Program-made: the position numbers and the translations under genes
DNA from: Candidatus Sulfotelmatobacter sp.
GTDB lineage: Bacteria; Acidobacteriota; Terriglobia; Terriglobales; Acidobacteriaceae
Length of the DNA: 64,000 nucleotides
Reading direction: 5' to 3'
Assembly: GCA_052326105.1 (NCBI GenBank)
Contig: JBKQRC010000002.1
Span: 11,178 to 75,177, forward strand
Notes under the pieces: model-generated
What the model was told of the DNA's origin: nothing
What the model saw: only the letters and a program-made list of their open reading frames with translations
Databases searched by the model: none
Shown: piece after piece, positions 9,063 to 17,494 of the stretch
Position numbering within the stretch: the first letter of the stretch is position 1
Layout: every line of letters starts with the position of its first letter

Positions 9063-9380
9063 TCAAGCCGAGGCGGCAGGCCTCCGCGACTGGAAACATT
9101 CCCGACAGAAGACGGGGCGTCCCTGCGTGGGACGGAAAGGCACGGTGGTCTCTTTGCCGCAGCCCGAACAGGTGGCCTGGGTTTCGACCTTGGTGTAGCG
9201 GTAGGTCTGTCCGGCCGCAGGCGGGGCGCCGAGCACCGCAACCCGTTTGGCCTTGCACGCCTTGCAGCGCTTGGGTTCGTTCTTGAACTGCTTGTCGTGG
9301 AAGAAAAGCTGCTCCCCGGAGGTGAAAACAAAATCCCCCCCACAATCAATGCACTTCAGCACCTTGTCCTGAAACTCCAT
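9063..9380 (-). CDS. zinc-ribbon domain protein (two CxxC...CxxC modules)
   Basis: 105 aa ORF: CIDCGGDF...CKACKAK and CSGCGKET...CRECF. Small conserved-looking Cys4 x2 protein. Confidence 0.7.
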   Translation of the reverse strand: MEFQDKVLKCIDCGGDFVFTSGEQLFFHDKQFKNEPKRCKACKAKRVAVLGAPPAAGQTYRYTKVETQATCSGCGKETTVPFRPTQGRPVFCRECFQSRRPAASA

Positions 9381-9644
9381 TGAGGATGGCTCCCTTCAGC
9401 CCGTTTCCACGCGCCCACCCGCGGGGAAAGAACTGCGGTGGTACGGAGAAAAACAGGATATGTACATCTCCCCCCTCGCACTGCCCCTTGGACTCGGCCC
9501 GCCATGCTCCGGGAATGGAGCGTGGGTACTGACTATCCCGCTATTATGCCGAAGTGATGAGTATGACATCCCCTGCTGCAGCTCAATCGAGTGGGGGCTC
9601 GATGGAGCGGGGCCGCCCCGGGAGGGGGCAGCCCTTTGCTCGAG

Positions 9645-9842
9645 TCAATCCTGTTCTTTGCGCGTTTTCTTGCGGGCTCGCTTGCGAGCCAGCGCGGCCT
9701 TTACACGTTTTTTTTCGCCGGGCTTCAGGTAGAAGGAGTGGCGCTTAACCTCCTTGATGATGTCTTCCTGTTGCACCTTGCGCTTGAAGCGGCGTAGAGC
9801 GTTCTCGAGGGATTCTCCCTCTTGAAGTCGTACTTCTGCCAA
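9645..9842 (-). CDS. rpsU: 30S ribosomal protein S21
   Basis: 65 aa: MAEVRLQEGESLENALRRFKRKVQQEDIIKEVKRHSFYLKPGEKKR... This is the canonical S21 sequence pattern. Confidence 0.95.
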   Translation of the reverse strand: MAEVRLQEGESLENALRRFKRKVQQEDIIKEVKRHSFYLKPGEKKRVKAALARKRARKKTRKEQD

Positions 9843-10104
9843 ACTGACACACCCCCAAACTCGTCCGGTGGGACCGAATAGTTATTACAAGGAATTAGCT
9901 CTAAGTCAAGGGGAAGGCCGAAATTCCCGAAGTGGAACGTCTTCGGGGAACGGCGCTGAGATCATTTTGAGACGATTTGTCTGCAACATGACCATGAGTC
10001 ACATGCCTCTCCGTTTTAGGTTCGGGCATGTGCTGGGCGGCACGGCTGAAGCCGTGCCCTGATGCGGGGCCCTGGATGATGCGACGACCTTCTCACTCAG
10101 GCCG

Positions 10105-13100
10105 CTAGAAAACAAACTTCAGCGCCAGCTGAACCTGGCGTGGCGCATACGCGGCGTTAGGTTTCATGAAGTTAGTCGGCAGCTCGTAGTAGCCGGGGTA
10201 GGGAGCGATGTTGGCCGTGACCGAACTCTGCACGAACGTGCTGGCCGTGGTGACCAGGCCGTTCGACGTAATGGCAACCCGCTGGTTGTCGCGATTGAAA
10301 AGGTTGAACGATTCGGCCACAAAGTCGAGCTTGCAGCGTTCGGAAAGATGGATTCTACGGGTGAGGCGCGCGTCGGCTGTGGCGTAGTCCGGGCCGGTGA
10401 AGGCATTGCGGCTATAGCCGGGAAGACGATCATTCAAGTCGTTGCCATCCTGATTGGGATCGCCGGCGACGGTCGCGTTGACCGGGCGCCCGCTGCCGTA
10501 GTTCACGACGGTGGAAATTTTCCAGTTGTTGAAGAAGCGGCCGAGCAGTTCATGGCCGCGGTGAAACGGACGCGGCTCGACGGAGACGGCCGCGACCGCG
10601 CGCTGGCGCTGGTCGGTAACGCTCGGTCCGCGCTCGGCGGCGGGAGCGTAGGAATTCTGTACTGTCGCGGGCTGGCCGGCGACCAGAGCATCCTGGCCGT
10701 CGTCAATGGCGCGGGCATAGGTGTAGGAGAGTCGCAGATATGTTCCGTGAGCGACGCGCCGGTTGATGGAGAGCGTGGCTCCGTTGTAATAGCTGGAAGC
10801 GGCGCTCTGGAATTCGTCTATCGCCCCCAGTTGCGCGATGGGGCGCCCGAGAGGATTGATGCAAGGCGGCCAGGGACAGGTCAGCGATTGGGTGAACTGC
10901 CAGGTGGCGAAGGAGTCTACCGTGTAGTATCCGCCCTGGAAGATCGAACCGGTGGAATCGAAGATGGGATAGGTCAGGGCGGCGGGCGGCGGCAGGTTTA
11001 CATCCAAGGCGCGGATCAAATGTTCGCCGTGAACGTTAAGCAGGGAAATAGACAGTGTAGTGCGGTCTGCTACTTCCTTTTCGAATGTGATGCTGGCCTG
11101 CTGCACGCGCGGGGTCACGAAGTTGGAAGCGAAGGCGGAGACTTCATTGGTCACGCCCTGGGTGAATCCCGCGGGCAGAGCGCAGGATGCGGCCATCACC
11201 GGGCAGCTCACCAGCGGATTGGGATAAGTGGGGAAGACCTGGTGATCGTAGTAGTTGGTGTCATTGAGGAAGATTTGTGAGTCGGTGACGCCATTTTCGG
11301 TCTGGATGACCGAGTTGTAGATCTGCGGAATGCGCACATAGAAGATCCCATATCCGGCGCGGACGACCAAGGGGCGCTTGCTGCCGATCGAGTATGCGAG
11401 TCCGGCGCGGGGCACGAAGTTGTAAGGCTGGAACGGAACTTTGCCGGAGGGCGGGAAAAGCGGGTTCGAAAGTAGTCCTTCCGTCTTGAAAGTCTGCAAA
11501 TCCCACCGCACTCCAACGTTCAGGGACAAGTGGTCCGTCAAGCGCACCGTATCTTGCGCGAAAGCCGCATATTCGTTGGTGTCGGGATGCGAGGTGGCGC
11601 TGCCGAAATTCTGCAGGTAGTAGTGCGGAACTTCGTGGGCATAAGCGCGCAGGGGCGAAAGTTGAAGCCCGGCTTCCATCGGCTCGTAGGTGAAAGGATC
11701 GACTTTGATGGGATAGAAGAGAAACTCTCCGCTCTGCTGGCTGGGGAAGAAGTCGTAAATCCAGGTCAACAGGCCGTCGCCGCCGACCTTCCAGGAATTG
11801 CGGTGGCCTTCGAAGCTGATGGTTTCGGCAACGTGCAGGCGATGCTGGCGCGTCTGGCGGGGAAGCAGGTCGGACCGTCCCATGCCGTCGAGTAGGTTGG
11901 GGATTTTCACCAAGACATCGCTGGTATTGCTGTAAGACTGCTGCAAGTCACGCGAGAACTGCGCGCGCAGGTGGCTGATCCAGCGCGGCGACAGGCTTGA
12001 GGTGAGCGAAAGGGACCCGGTTTCGGTGGCGACGGTTTCCTGGCCGTTGTCGCTGATGGAATCGTAAGTAACCGGGCTGCCCGGATCGAGGAACACGTTG
12101 TTTGCTCCCCAGTAGCGCGAAGTGTTTATGCGCAGCGCGAGCTGGTGGTGCGGCGTGAGATTGAGGTCGAGCTTGGCGTAGGCGGAGTTGCCGATCTGCC
12201 CGGCCGGGTATTCTCCCGCCAGCGAGGTCAGTTGCGCTGCGGCCGCGAAGACCAGGGCTTCATCGGTGGAGTCGTAGTCTCCCGGCGAGTAAGGCCCGGT
12301 GCTGGGCTGGGGCACGACCTGCGAACTGCCGTTCAGAAATTCGACCACGTTGGGCACGTGGAAGATATGCTGGTCGAATCCGGCAAAGAAGAACATCTTG
12401 TTGCGTTTCAGCGGACCGCCCATGGTGCCGCCGACCTGTTGTTGGCGATTGTGCGGTTTGAATGCCAGGAAGGGATCGGCCGCGCCGAACGAACTGTCAC
12501 GCAGATAATAGAAGGCAGTTCCGTGCACATGATTGGAGCCCGATTTGGTCACCACGTTGACGACAGCGCCACCCGAACGTCCCGTTTCCGCGCCATAGGA
12601 ATTCGTGGAGACGCGGAATTCCTGCACTACTTCGGTCGAGAACTGGTAAGGGGCGCGGTAGCGTCCTAGAGCCTGGGCGAAGAAGGCGTTGTTGTAATCG
12701 CCTCCATCCACGAGGAAGCTGTTCTGAAAACCGCGAATGCCGCCGAAGGAAAGATCTCCGTTGGTGCCGGAGGTCAGGCTGCGCGGATCCTGGGTCACGC
12801 CGGGTGAGAGCAGCATCAGGTCGGAGAAGCGGCGGCCGTTGAGCGGCAGGTCGCCGATAGCCCGTTCGTCGAGTAGGGTCGAGACTGCGCCGGGCTTGGT
12901 TTCGACCACGGCGGGCTCGGCCGAGACGGTGATGTTCTCATGCGCTCCGGCCACGGTCAGGCGGTATTCCAGTTCGGCAGCGCCGCCAACGTCCACGTGC
13001 AGTTGGGGCGTGACCTGAGGCGACATGCCATCCGCCACCACGCGAGCCGAGTAATCTCCTGGAGGAAGCAATCCCAGGGCAAAGCGGCCTTCGCCGTCAC

Positions 13101-13293
13101 TGGTCGCGGCGTAGCGCACGCCGGTCGCGGTGTTCACAACGACGATTGAGGCCCGGGGAATGCGGCTGCCGGTGGAATCGAGCACCGTGCCGCGGATCGC
13201 TCCGGTCGCGGAGTCCTGAGCCTGCGAGCGAACGAGCAGGGTCACAATGCAAACGGTGATAGCGAGAAACAGAACGGTGCGCGTCAAAGTCAT
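10105..13293 (-). CDS. TonB-dependent outer-membrane receptor with N-terminal carboxypeptidase-regulatory-like domain
   Basis: 1062 aa. It has a signal peptide, a CarboxypepD_reg-like start (GAIRGTVLDSTGSRIPRASIVVVNTATG...GDYSARV), a plug region (LNGRRFSDLMLLSPGV), a long beta-barrel and a terminal aromatic residue (..LKFVF). Confidence 0.9.
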   Translation of the reverse strand: MTLTRTVLFLAITVCIVTLLVRSQAQDSATGAIRGTVLDSTGSRIPRASIVVVNTATGVRYAATSDGEGRFALGLLPPGDYSARVVADGMSPQVTPQLHVDVGGAAELEYRLTVAGAHENITVSAEPAVVETKPGAVSTLLDERAIGDLPLNGRRFSDLMLLSPGVTQDPRSLTSGTNGDLSFGGIRGFQNSFLVDGGDYNNAFFAQALGRYRAPYQFSTEVVQEFRVSTNSYGAETGRSGGAVVNVVTKSGSNHVHGTAFYYLRDSSFGAADPFLAFKPHNRQQQVGGTMGGPLKRNKMFFFAGFDQHIFHVPNVVEFLNGSSQVVPQPSTGPYSPGDYDSTDEALVFAAAAQLTSLAGEYPAGQIGNSAYAKLDLNLTPHHQLALRINTSRYWGANNVFLDPGSPVTYDSISDNGQETVATETGSLSLTSSLSPRWISHLRAQFSRDLQQSYSNTSDVLVKIPNLLDGMGRSDLLPRQTRQHRLHVAETISFEGHRNSWKVGGDGLLTWIYDFFPSQQSGEFLFYPIKVDPFTYEPMEAGLQLSPLRAYAHEVPHYYLQNFGSATSHPDTNEYAAFAQDTVRLTDHLSLNVGVRWDLQTFKTEGLLSNPLFPPSGKVPFQPYNFVPRAGLAYSIGSKRPLVVRAGYGIFYVRIPQIYNSVIQTENGVTDSQIFLNDTNYYDHQVFPTYPNPLVSCPVMAASCALPAGFTQGVTNEVSAFASNFVTPRVQQASITFEKEVADRTTLSISLLNVHGEHLIRALDVNLPPPAALTYPIFDSTGSIFQGGYYTVDSFATWQFTQSLTCPWPPCINPLGRPIAQLGAIDEFQSAASSYYNGATLSINRRVAHGTYLRLSYTYARAIDDGQDALVAGQPATVQNSYAPAAERGPSVTDQRQRAVAAVSVEPRPFHRGHELLGRFFNNWKISTVVNYGSGRPVNATVAGDPNQDGNDLNDRLPGYSRNAFTGPDYATADARLTRRIHLSERCKLDFVAESFNLFNRDNQRVAITSNGLVTTASTFVQSSVTANIAPYPGYYELPTNFMKPNAAYAPRQVQLALKFVF

Positions 13294-13563
13294 ACGGTCG
13301 CCCCTCGGTGCGGAGTCATGGCACGAGATCAGCTCAGAGGGGCGGCCCGGCGCGCGTTAACCGGACGCGAGACGGGAAAAAGCTTGCGGAGAAGTGCCGG
13401 AGGACGACCTCTTGGGAGGGCGCGGCCGGAAAGCTTCTCCGCAGGCGATGGAGAAACCCGAGCTTTGTATAGCACGCGAACGCCGCGGAGTTCAGTGACA
13501 GGCAGAGTCTTTTTCGAAGAAATTCCCGGAGTGGGAATGGAGGTTGGTCGCGTGGCGAAGAGG

Positions 13564-13604
13564 CTGTCGAGCTTCGCTCGACCGGACAGCCGGGCTGTCC
13601 CCAG
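13564..13604 (-). repeat. Family A hairpin repeat (ggggacagcc-n-ggctgtccggtcgagcgaagctcgac)
   Basis: gtcgagcttcgctcgaccggacagccgggctgtcccca. It matches copies at 21278, 49573, 8454 and 62197/62338. Confidence 0.8.
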
Positions 13605-13695
13605 ATGATTTTCATCGTCCTGCGGGCTTCGCGGACCGCGCCCCTTACGCCTAACCATGCTCTCGTGGTATTTTCAATTTCCTTCTGAAACCAGC

Positions 13696-14214
13696 ATGAT
13701 TCGATCCTATAAAGGCGTGCGGCCGACGATTCCAGCGACGTGCTACGTGGACGACTCGGCACAGATCATCGGCGACGTCGTGCTGGGCGAACATGCCTCG
13801 GTGTGGATGAATGCGGTGGTGCGCGGCGATGTGCACGAAATTCGTATTGGGGCATACTCGAACGCGCAGGACAACAGCGTGCTCCATGGCATGAAGCAAC
13901 AATGGGGCGTCTATGTCGGCGAGTATGTTACGGTCGGCCATTCGGTGACGTTGCACGGATGCGTGGTCGAAGACCGCTGCCTGATCGGCATGGGTTCGAT
14001 TATTCTGAATGGAGCGCGCATCGGAGCAGGTTCGATCATCGCCGCGGGAACGCTCATTCCCGAGAAAACGGTGGTCGAGCCGCGATCGCTGTGGGTGGGC
14101 TCCCCGGGCAAGTTCCGGCGCAAGCTGGGGCCTACCGAGGACGAGATGATTCTGCGGTATGCGAGGAATTATCTCGGGTATAAGGATGAGTATTTGAAAG
14201 AAGCTCGTTCATAA
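13696..14214 (+). CDS. gamma-class carbonic anhydrase / left-handed beta-helix (LbH) family protein
   Basis: MIRSYKGVRPTIPATCYVDDSAQIIGDVVLGEHASVWMNAVVRGDVHEIRIGAYSNAQDNSVLHG is the typical gamma-CA/PaaY/YrdA pattern. An internal Met was chosen over the 13657 ORF start. Confidence 0.88.
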   Translation: MIRSYKGVRPTIPATCYVDDSAQIIGDVVLGEHASVWMNAVVRGDVHEIRIGAYSNAQDNSVLHGMKQQWGVYVGEYVTVGHSVTLHGCVVEDRCLIGMGSIILNGARIGAGSIIAAGTLIPEKTVVEPRSLWVGSPGKFRRKLGPTEDEMILRYARNYLGYKDEYLKEARS

Positions 14215-14219
14215 CTGCT

Positions 14220-14328
14220 GCCATCCTGAGGCCTGCGTTCTTTGCGGGCCGAAGGGTCTATGCATTTCGCCCGCATTGGCGTTGCTGCCCGCATACTGCA
14301 TAGGTCCTTCGCTGCGCTCAGGATGACA
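14220..14328. repeat. Family B long imperfect palindrome (catcctgag...gggtctatgca // tgcataggtccttcgctgcgctcaggatgaca)
   Basis: The two arms are inverted copies. They are related to 50522-50607 and the half-copy at 22969-23002. Confidence 0.8.
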
Positions 14329-14362
14329 ACCGGGAGTTGGGAACTAAGAACTGAGAACTGAA

Positions 14363-15649
14363 ATGATCAAAGCGGTGCGAGGAACGCGCGATCTGCTGCC
14401 GCCGGACACGGCGCTGTGGAATTTCGTGGAAGCGGCGGTGCGGGACGTCTTCCGCGCCTACAACTTCCAGGAAATTCGCACGCCGATTTTCGAAGAGACG
14501 GCGCTGTTCTCGCGCAGCGTGGGCGAAGAGACGGATATTGTCTCGAAAGAGATGTATACGTGGGAGGATCGCGGCCGCGCGGCGAGTGAGAAAGGACAGT
14601 CGCTCACGCTTCGTCCTGAAGCTACCGCCGGCATCGTGCGCGCCTACATCGAGCACAAACTTTGGGATCGTGGTCTCAACAAGCTCTACTGCATGGGACC
14701 GATGTTCCGCCGCGAGCGTCCGCAAAAAGGACGCTACCGCCAGTTCTATCAAATCGATGCCGAAATAATTGGACCGGCGTCAGCGGGCAGCGACTCTCCC
14801 GCGCGCGACGCCGAACTCCTCGAAATGCTGGCCACGCTGCTGGATCGGCTCGGCATCACCGATTGGAATCTTGAATTGAATTCCGTCGGCTGCACGAACG
14901 ACCGCGCCAAATTCAACGAAGCGCTGCGCCAGGCGCTGGAACCGGTCGTGGGAAAAATGTGCGCCGATTGCCGGCGGCGCGCCGTGACCAATCCGCTGCG
15001 CGTGTTTGACTGCAAAGTCCCGGAGGATCAGCCGATCATCGAGAAGCTGCCGCGCATCAGCCAGTTTCTGGACGAAGGGTGCCGCGCGCATTTTGAGGCG
15101 GTGCAGGCGATCCTGAAGTCGGTCGGTGTCGAGTTTCAAATCAACGACCGCCTCGTCCGCGGGCTCGATTACTACACGCGCACGGCATTCGAGTTCACCC
15201 ACGGAGCGCTGGGGGCGCAGAACGCCATTCTTGGCGGAGGGCGCTATGACGGGCTTTCCGAAGCACTCGGCGGCCCGGCCGCGCCCGGAATCGGGTTCGC
15301 CATCGGCGAAGACCGGCTGGTCATGTCGCTCAAGGAGACGGCTGAGGGCGTGCTGCGCAAGCCGGATGTGTACGTGGCTCCGATGGCAGGCATGAATGGC
15401 GAGGCGGCCCGCCTGGCGCGGGAACTGCGGCGGCACGATCTGGTGATCGAGTTGGGGGATGATAGCTTCCGGCTGAAAAAATCGTTTGAAGCGGCCACCA
15501 GGGCGGGAGCGAAGTACATTCTGATCGTGGGCGAGAATGAAGTGAAGGCGGATGCGTTTTCGCTGAAGAACCTGGCGACGGGGGAGCAAGTGCAGGTGGC
15601 GCGCGGGGAGTTGGCGGACAAGATTCGCGGTAATGGACACGTCACGTGA
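14363..15649 (+). CDS. hisS: histidine--tRNA ligase
   Basis: 428 aa: MIKAVRGTRDLLP..., class II motifs (MFRRERPQKGRYRQFYQ, GGGRYDGL), and an anticodon-binding C-terminus. Confidence 0.97.
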   Translation: MIKAVRGTRDLLPPDTALWNFVEAAVRDVFRAYNFQEIRTPIFEETALFSRSVGEETDIVSKEMYTWEDRGRAASEKGQSLTLRPEATAGIVRAYIEHKLWDRGLNKLYCMGPMFRRERPQKGRYRQFYQIDAEIIGPASAGSDSPARDAELLEMLATLLDRLGITDWNLELNSVGCTNDRAKFNEALRQALEPVVGKMCADCRRRAVTNPLRVFDCKVPEDQPIIEKLPRISQFLDEGCRAHFEAVQAILKSVGVEFQINDRLVRGLDYYTRTAFEFTHGALGAQNAILGGGRYDGLSEALGGPAAPGIGFAIGEDRLVMSLKETAEGVLRKPDVYVAPMAGMNGEAARLARELRRHDLVIELGDDSFRLKKSFEAATRAGAKYILIVGENEVKADAFSLKNLATGEQVQVARGELADKIRGNGHVT

Positions 15650-15805
15650 GGATTCGTATCAGGGCATCGCTTCAGCGATGCCGCCAAGAATGCGCGGTTA
15701 CGCGCGGCTTTAGCCGCCGGGTTTGCCGCACGGTCGCAGGGGCTGAAGCCAGGGTCCTTTTTGAAGCGATGCGGCATGCCTCAAGGCATGCCCTGATACG
15801 AATCC
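15650..15805. mobile_element. MITE-like element bounded by 18-bp perfect inverted repeats (ggattcgtatcagggcat ... atgccctgatacgaatcc)
   Basis: The terminal inverted repeats were read directly. The interior consists of short GC hairpins (ggcatcgcttcagcgatgcc, ggctttagcc, ggggctgaagcc, ggcatgcctcaaggcatgcc). A related end (gattcgtatcagggtat) occurs at 35947. Confidence 0.6.
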
Positions 15806-15895
15806 CTAGCTCCAGTCTGCACAACCGTTGACGGGGTCCTAGATAAACAGGCCCCGTTTGACGCGGTCGGAGATTCGAGGAACGAGGTGACAGTT

Positions 15896-16369
15896 ATGAA
15901 ATACGGGTTAGCTGCCTTCATCATTTTGCTTTGCTGTGCAATTCCCGCGGTCGTGTTCGGGCAAGGTTCTGCGCCGGCCAAGCCTCCGAGCGCGCTGGAG
16001 CAGACACTCATGGCGGCGGAGAAGAGTTATGTCGAAGCCGCGAAAAAAGGAGACGTAGCTTTTTTCAAGCGCACGCTCGCCGCCGACTTTTCTTTTGTTG
16101 GCTTCGACGGGCAGCTCTACGAACGCCAGGACATGATTGATCAACTGGCCCAGGGCGGCGTCGATCTGCTGCCCTACAACATGAAAGTCGTAACTGTTGG
16201 CGAGGGCTTTGCCATCGTGACCTACGATGTGGTGTTGCGCGTTCCGGCGGCCGAAGATCAGGGCCCGCCTCCGCGCTATCAGCATTTCAGCACGGTGTGG
16301 GTGAAACAGGGGGACGCGTGGAAGATGAAGTTTCAACAGATGTCGGTGTCGCACTGGGGCGACTGGTAG
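15896..16369 (+). CDS. secreted SnoaL/NTF2-like (DUF4440-type) protein
   Basis: Signal peptide MKYGLAAFIILLCCAIPAVVFG, a small alpha+beta-type sequence with ...HFSTVWVKQGDAWKMKFQQ. GAGG lies 8 nt upstream of the ATG at 15896. Confidence 0.65.
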   Translation: MKYGLAAFIILLCCAIPAVVFGQGSAPAKPPSALEQTLMAAEKSYVEAAKKGDVAFFKRTLAADFSFVGFDGQLYERQDMIDQLAQGGVDLLPYNMKVVTVGEGFAIVTYDVVLRVPAAEDQGPPPRYQHFSTVWVKQGDAWKMKFQQMSVSHWGDW

Positions 16370-16514
16370 AAATCACAGTTGTTGATTGTTGATTTGTGAT
16401 GGTCGATTGAAACTCGCTCGGGCCTGTTGACGCGCTTCCTGCGTCAGGCCTAATATCTCGCTGCGGGAATGATCACCTCAGTGAGCAATCAGAGTCAAAC
16501 ATAGCGAGGGCGCG

Positions 16515-17045
16515 ATGAAAACTTTAGCGATGATCTGTGGAGCATGGCTGGTGCTTGTAGCGGCGGCGCTGGCGCAGATGGAGATGCCGAAACCGGGTCC
16601 CGAACACAAGAAACTCGACGTCTTTGCCGGCTCATGGACGCTGGATGGCGACATCAAGCCGGGCCCGATGGGCCCCGGCGGCAAGATGACCGAAACCGAG
16701 AAATGTGAGTGGATGGACGGCAGTTTCTTCCTAGTTTGCCACTCCGATTTCAAGGGCGTCATGGGCGGCGGAACGGGAGTCTCCTACATGGGATACTCCA
16801 ACGACGATAAGGCTTATACCTACCGCGAGTTCAACAGCTGGGGTGAGTTCGAGAATTCCAAAGGCTCGCTGGACGGTGACACCTGGACCTGGACCAGCGA
16901 CGAGAAGATGAACGGCATGGCCATGAAGGGCCGGTTCACCATGAAGATTACTTCCCCCACCTCGTACAACTTCTCCTTCGAAATGTCGCAGGACGGGACC
17001 AAGTGGACGACGGTGATGGATGGGAAGGCGACCAAAGAGAAATGA
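16515..17045 (+). CDS. secreted DUF1579-like protein
   Basis: Signal peptide, then PGPEHKKLDVFAGSWTLDG...CEWMDGSFFLVCH..., as in DUF1579 family proteins. Confidence 0.7.
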   Translation: MKTLAMICGAWLVLVAAALAQMEMPKPGPEHKKLDVFAGSWTLDGDIKPGPMGPGGKMTETEKCEWMDGSFFLVCHSDFKGVMGGGTGVSYMGYSNDDKAYTYREFNSWGEFENSKGSLDGDTWTWTSDEKMNGMAMKGRFTMKITSPTSYNFSFEMSQDGTKWTTVMDGKATKEK

Positions 17046-17089
17046 AGCGACCCGCGGAATTCCCGCGCGGCACGACCGAACAGGTCTCG

Positions 17090-17460
17090 GAACGACTCGG
17101 AATTGGGGTGGCGCAGCGCCCTTCGGCTCCGCTCGGGGCAGGCTTTCAGCGCTGCGATAAGGACTCGTTTTCGGTAGCGGCTTCCAGCCGCCGAGGTACC
17201 TCTGGGGCTGAAGCCCATTCCTTCCGCCAGTTCTATCGCAGGCCTAGAAGGCCTGCGCCACTCAAAATCAGGTGCACCGTTTTTTCAGCGATCTGAGAGT
17301 CGTACCTTTCCCGGGCCGTATTTGCGGTCTAGCAAGCTGCGGAAAAAGTCGCGAATGTGTGCGCCACCGTGGAAGAGCGGCGCTTCAGCGCCGCGTAAGC
17401 GGTTTGAAATCAATGCGGGCTTCAGCCCCGGTGGTCATTCTCCGAGCGACGAGGGACTTT
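17090..17460. repeat. pile-up of Family C short GC-hairpin modules
   Basis: gcgcagcgcc...ggctttcagcgctgcg, gcggcttccagccgc, ggggctgaagccc, gcaggcctagaaggcctgc, ggcgcttcagcgcc, gggcttcagccc, plus a Family B-like arm gtcattctccgagcgacgaggg. Confidence 0.7.
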
Positions 17461-17494
17461 TTTCGCAGCCTCCTAGAGTAGTTGCTCTAAATTT

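Noticed and set aside
13294-13560. Possible riboswitch (TPP- or cobalamin-like) in the long leader of the TonB-dependent receptor
   Set aside because: There is only a vague CUGAG...GAUCU resemblance. There is no B12 box (GCCACUG) and no convincing TPP consensus helices. Part of the region is a Family A repeat.
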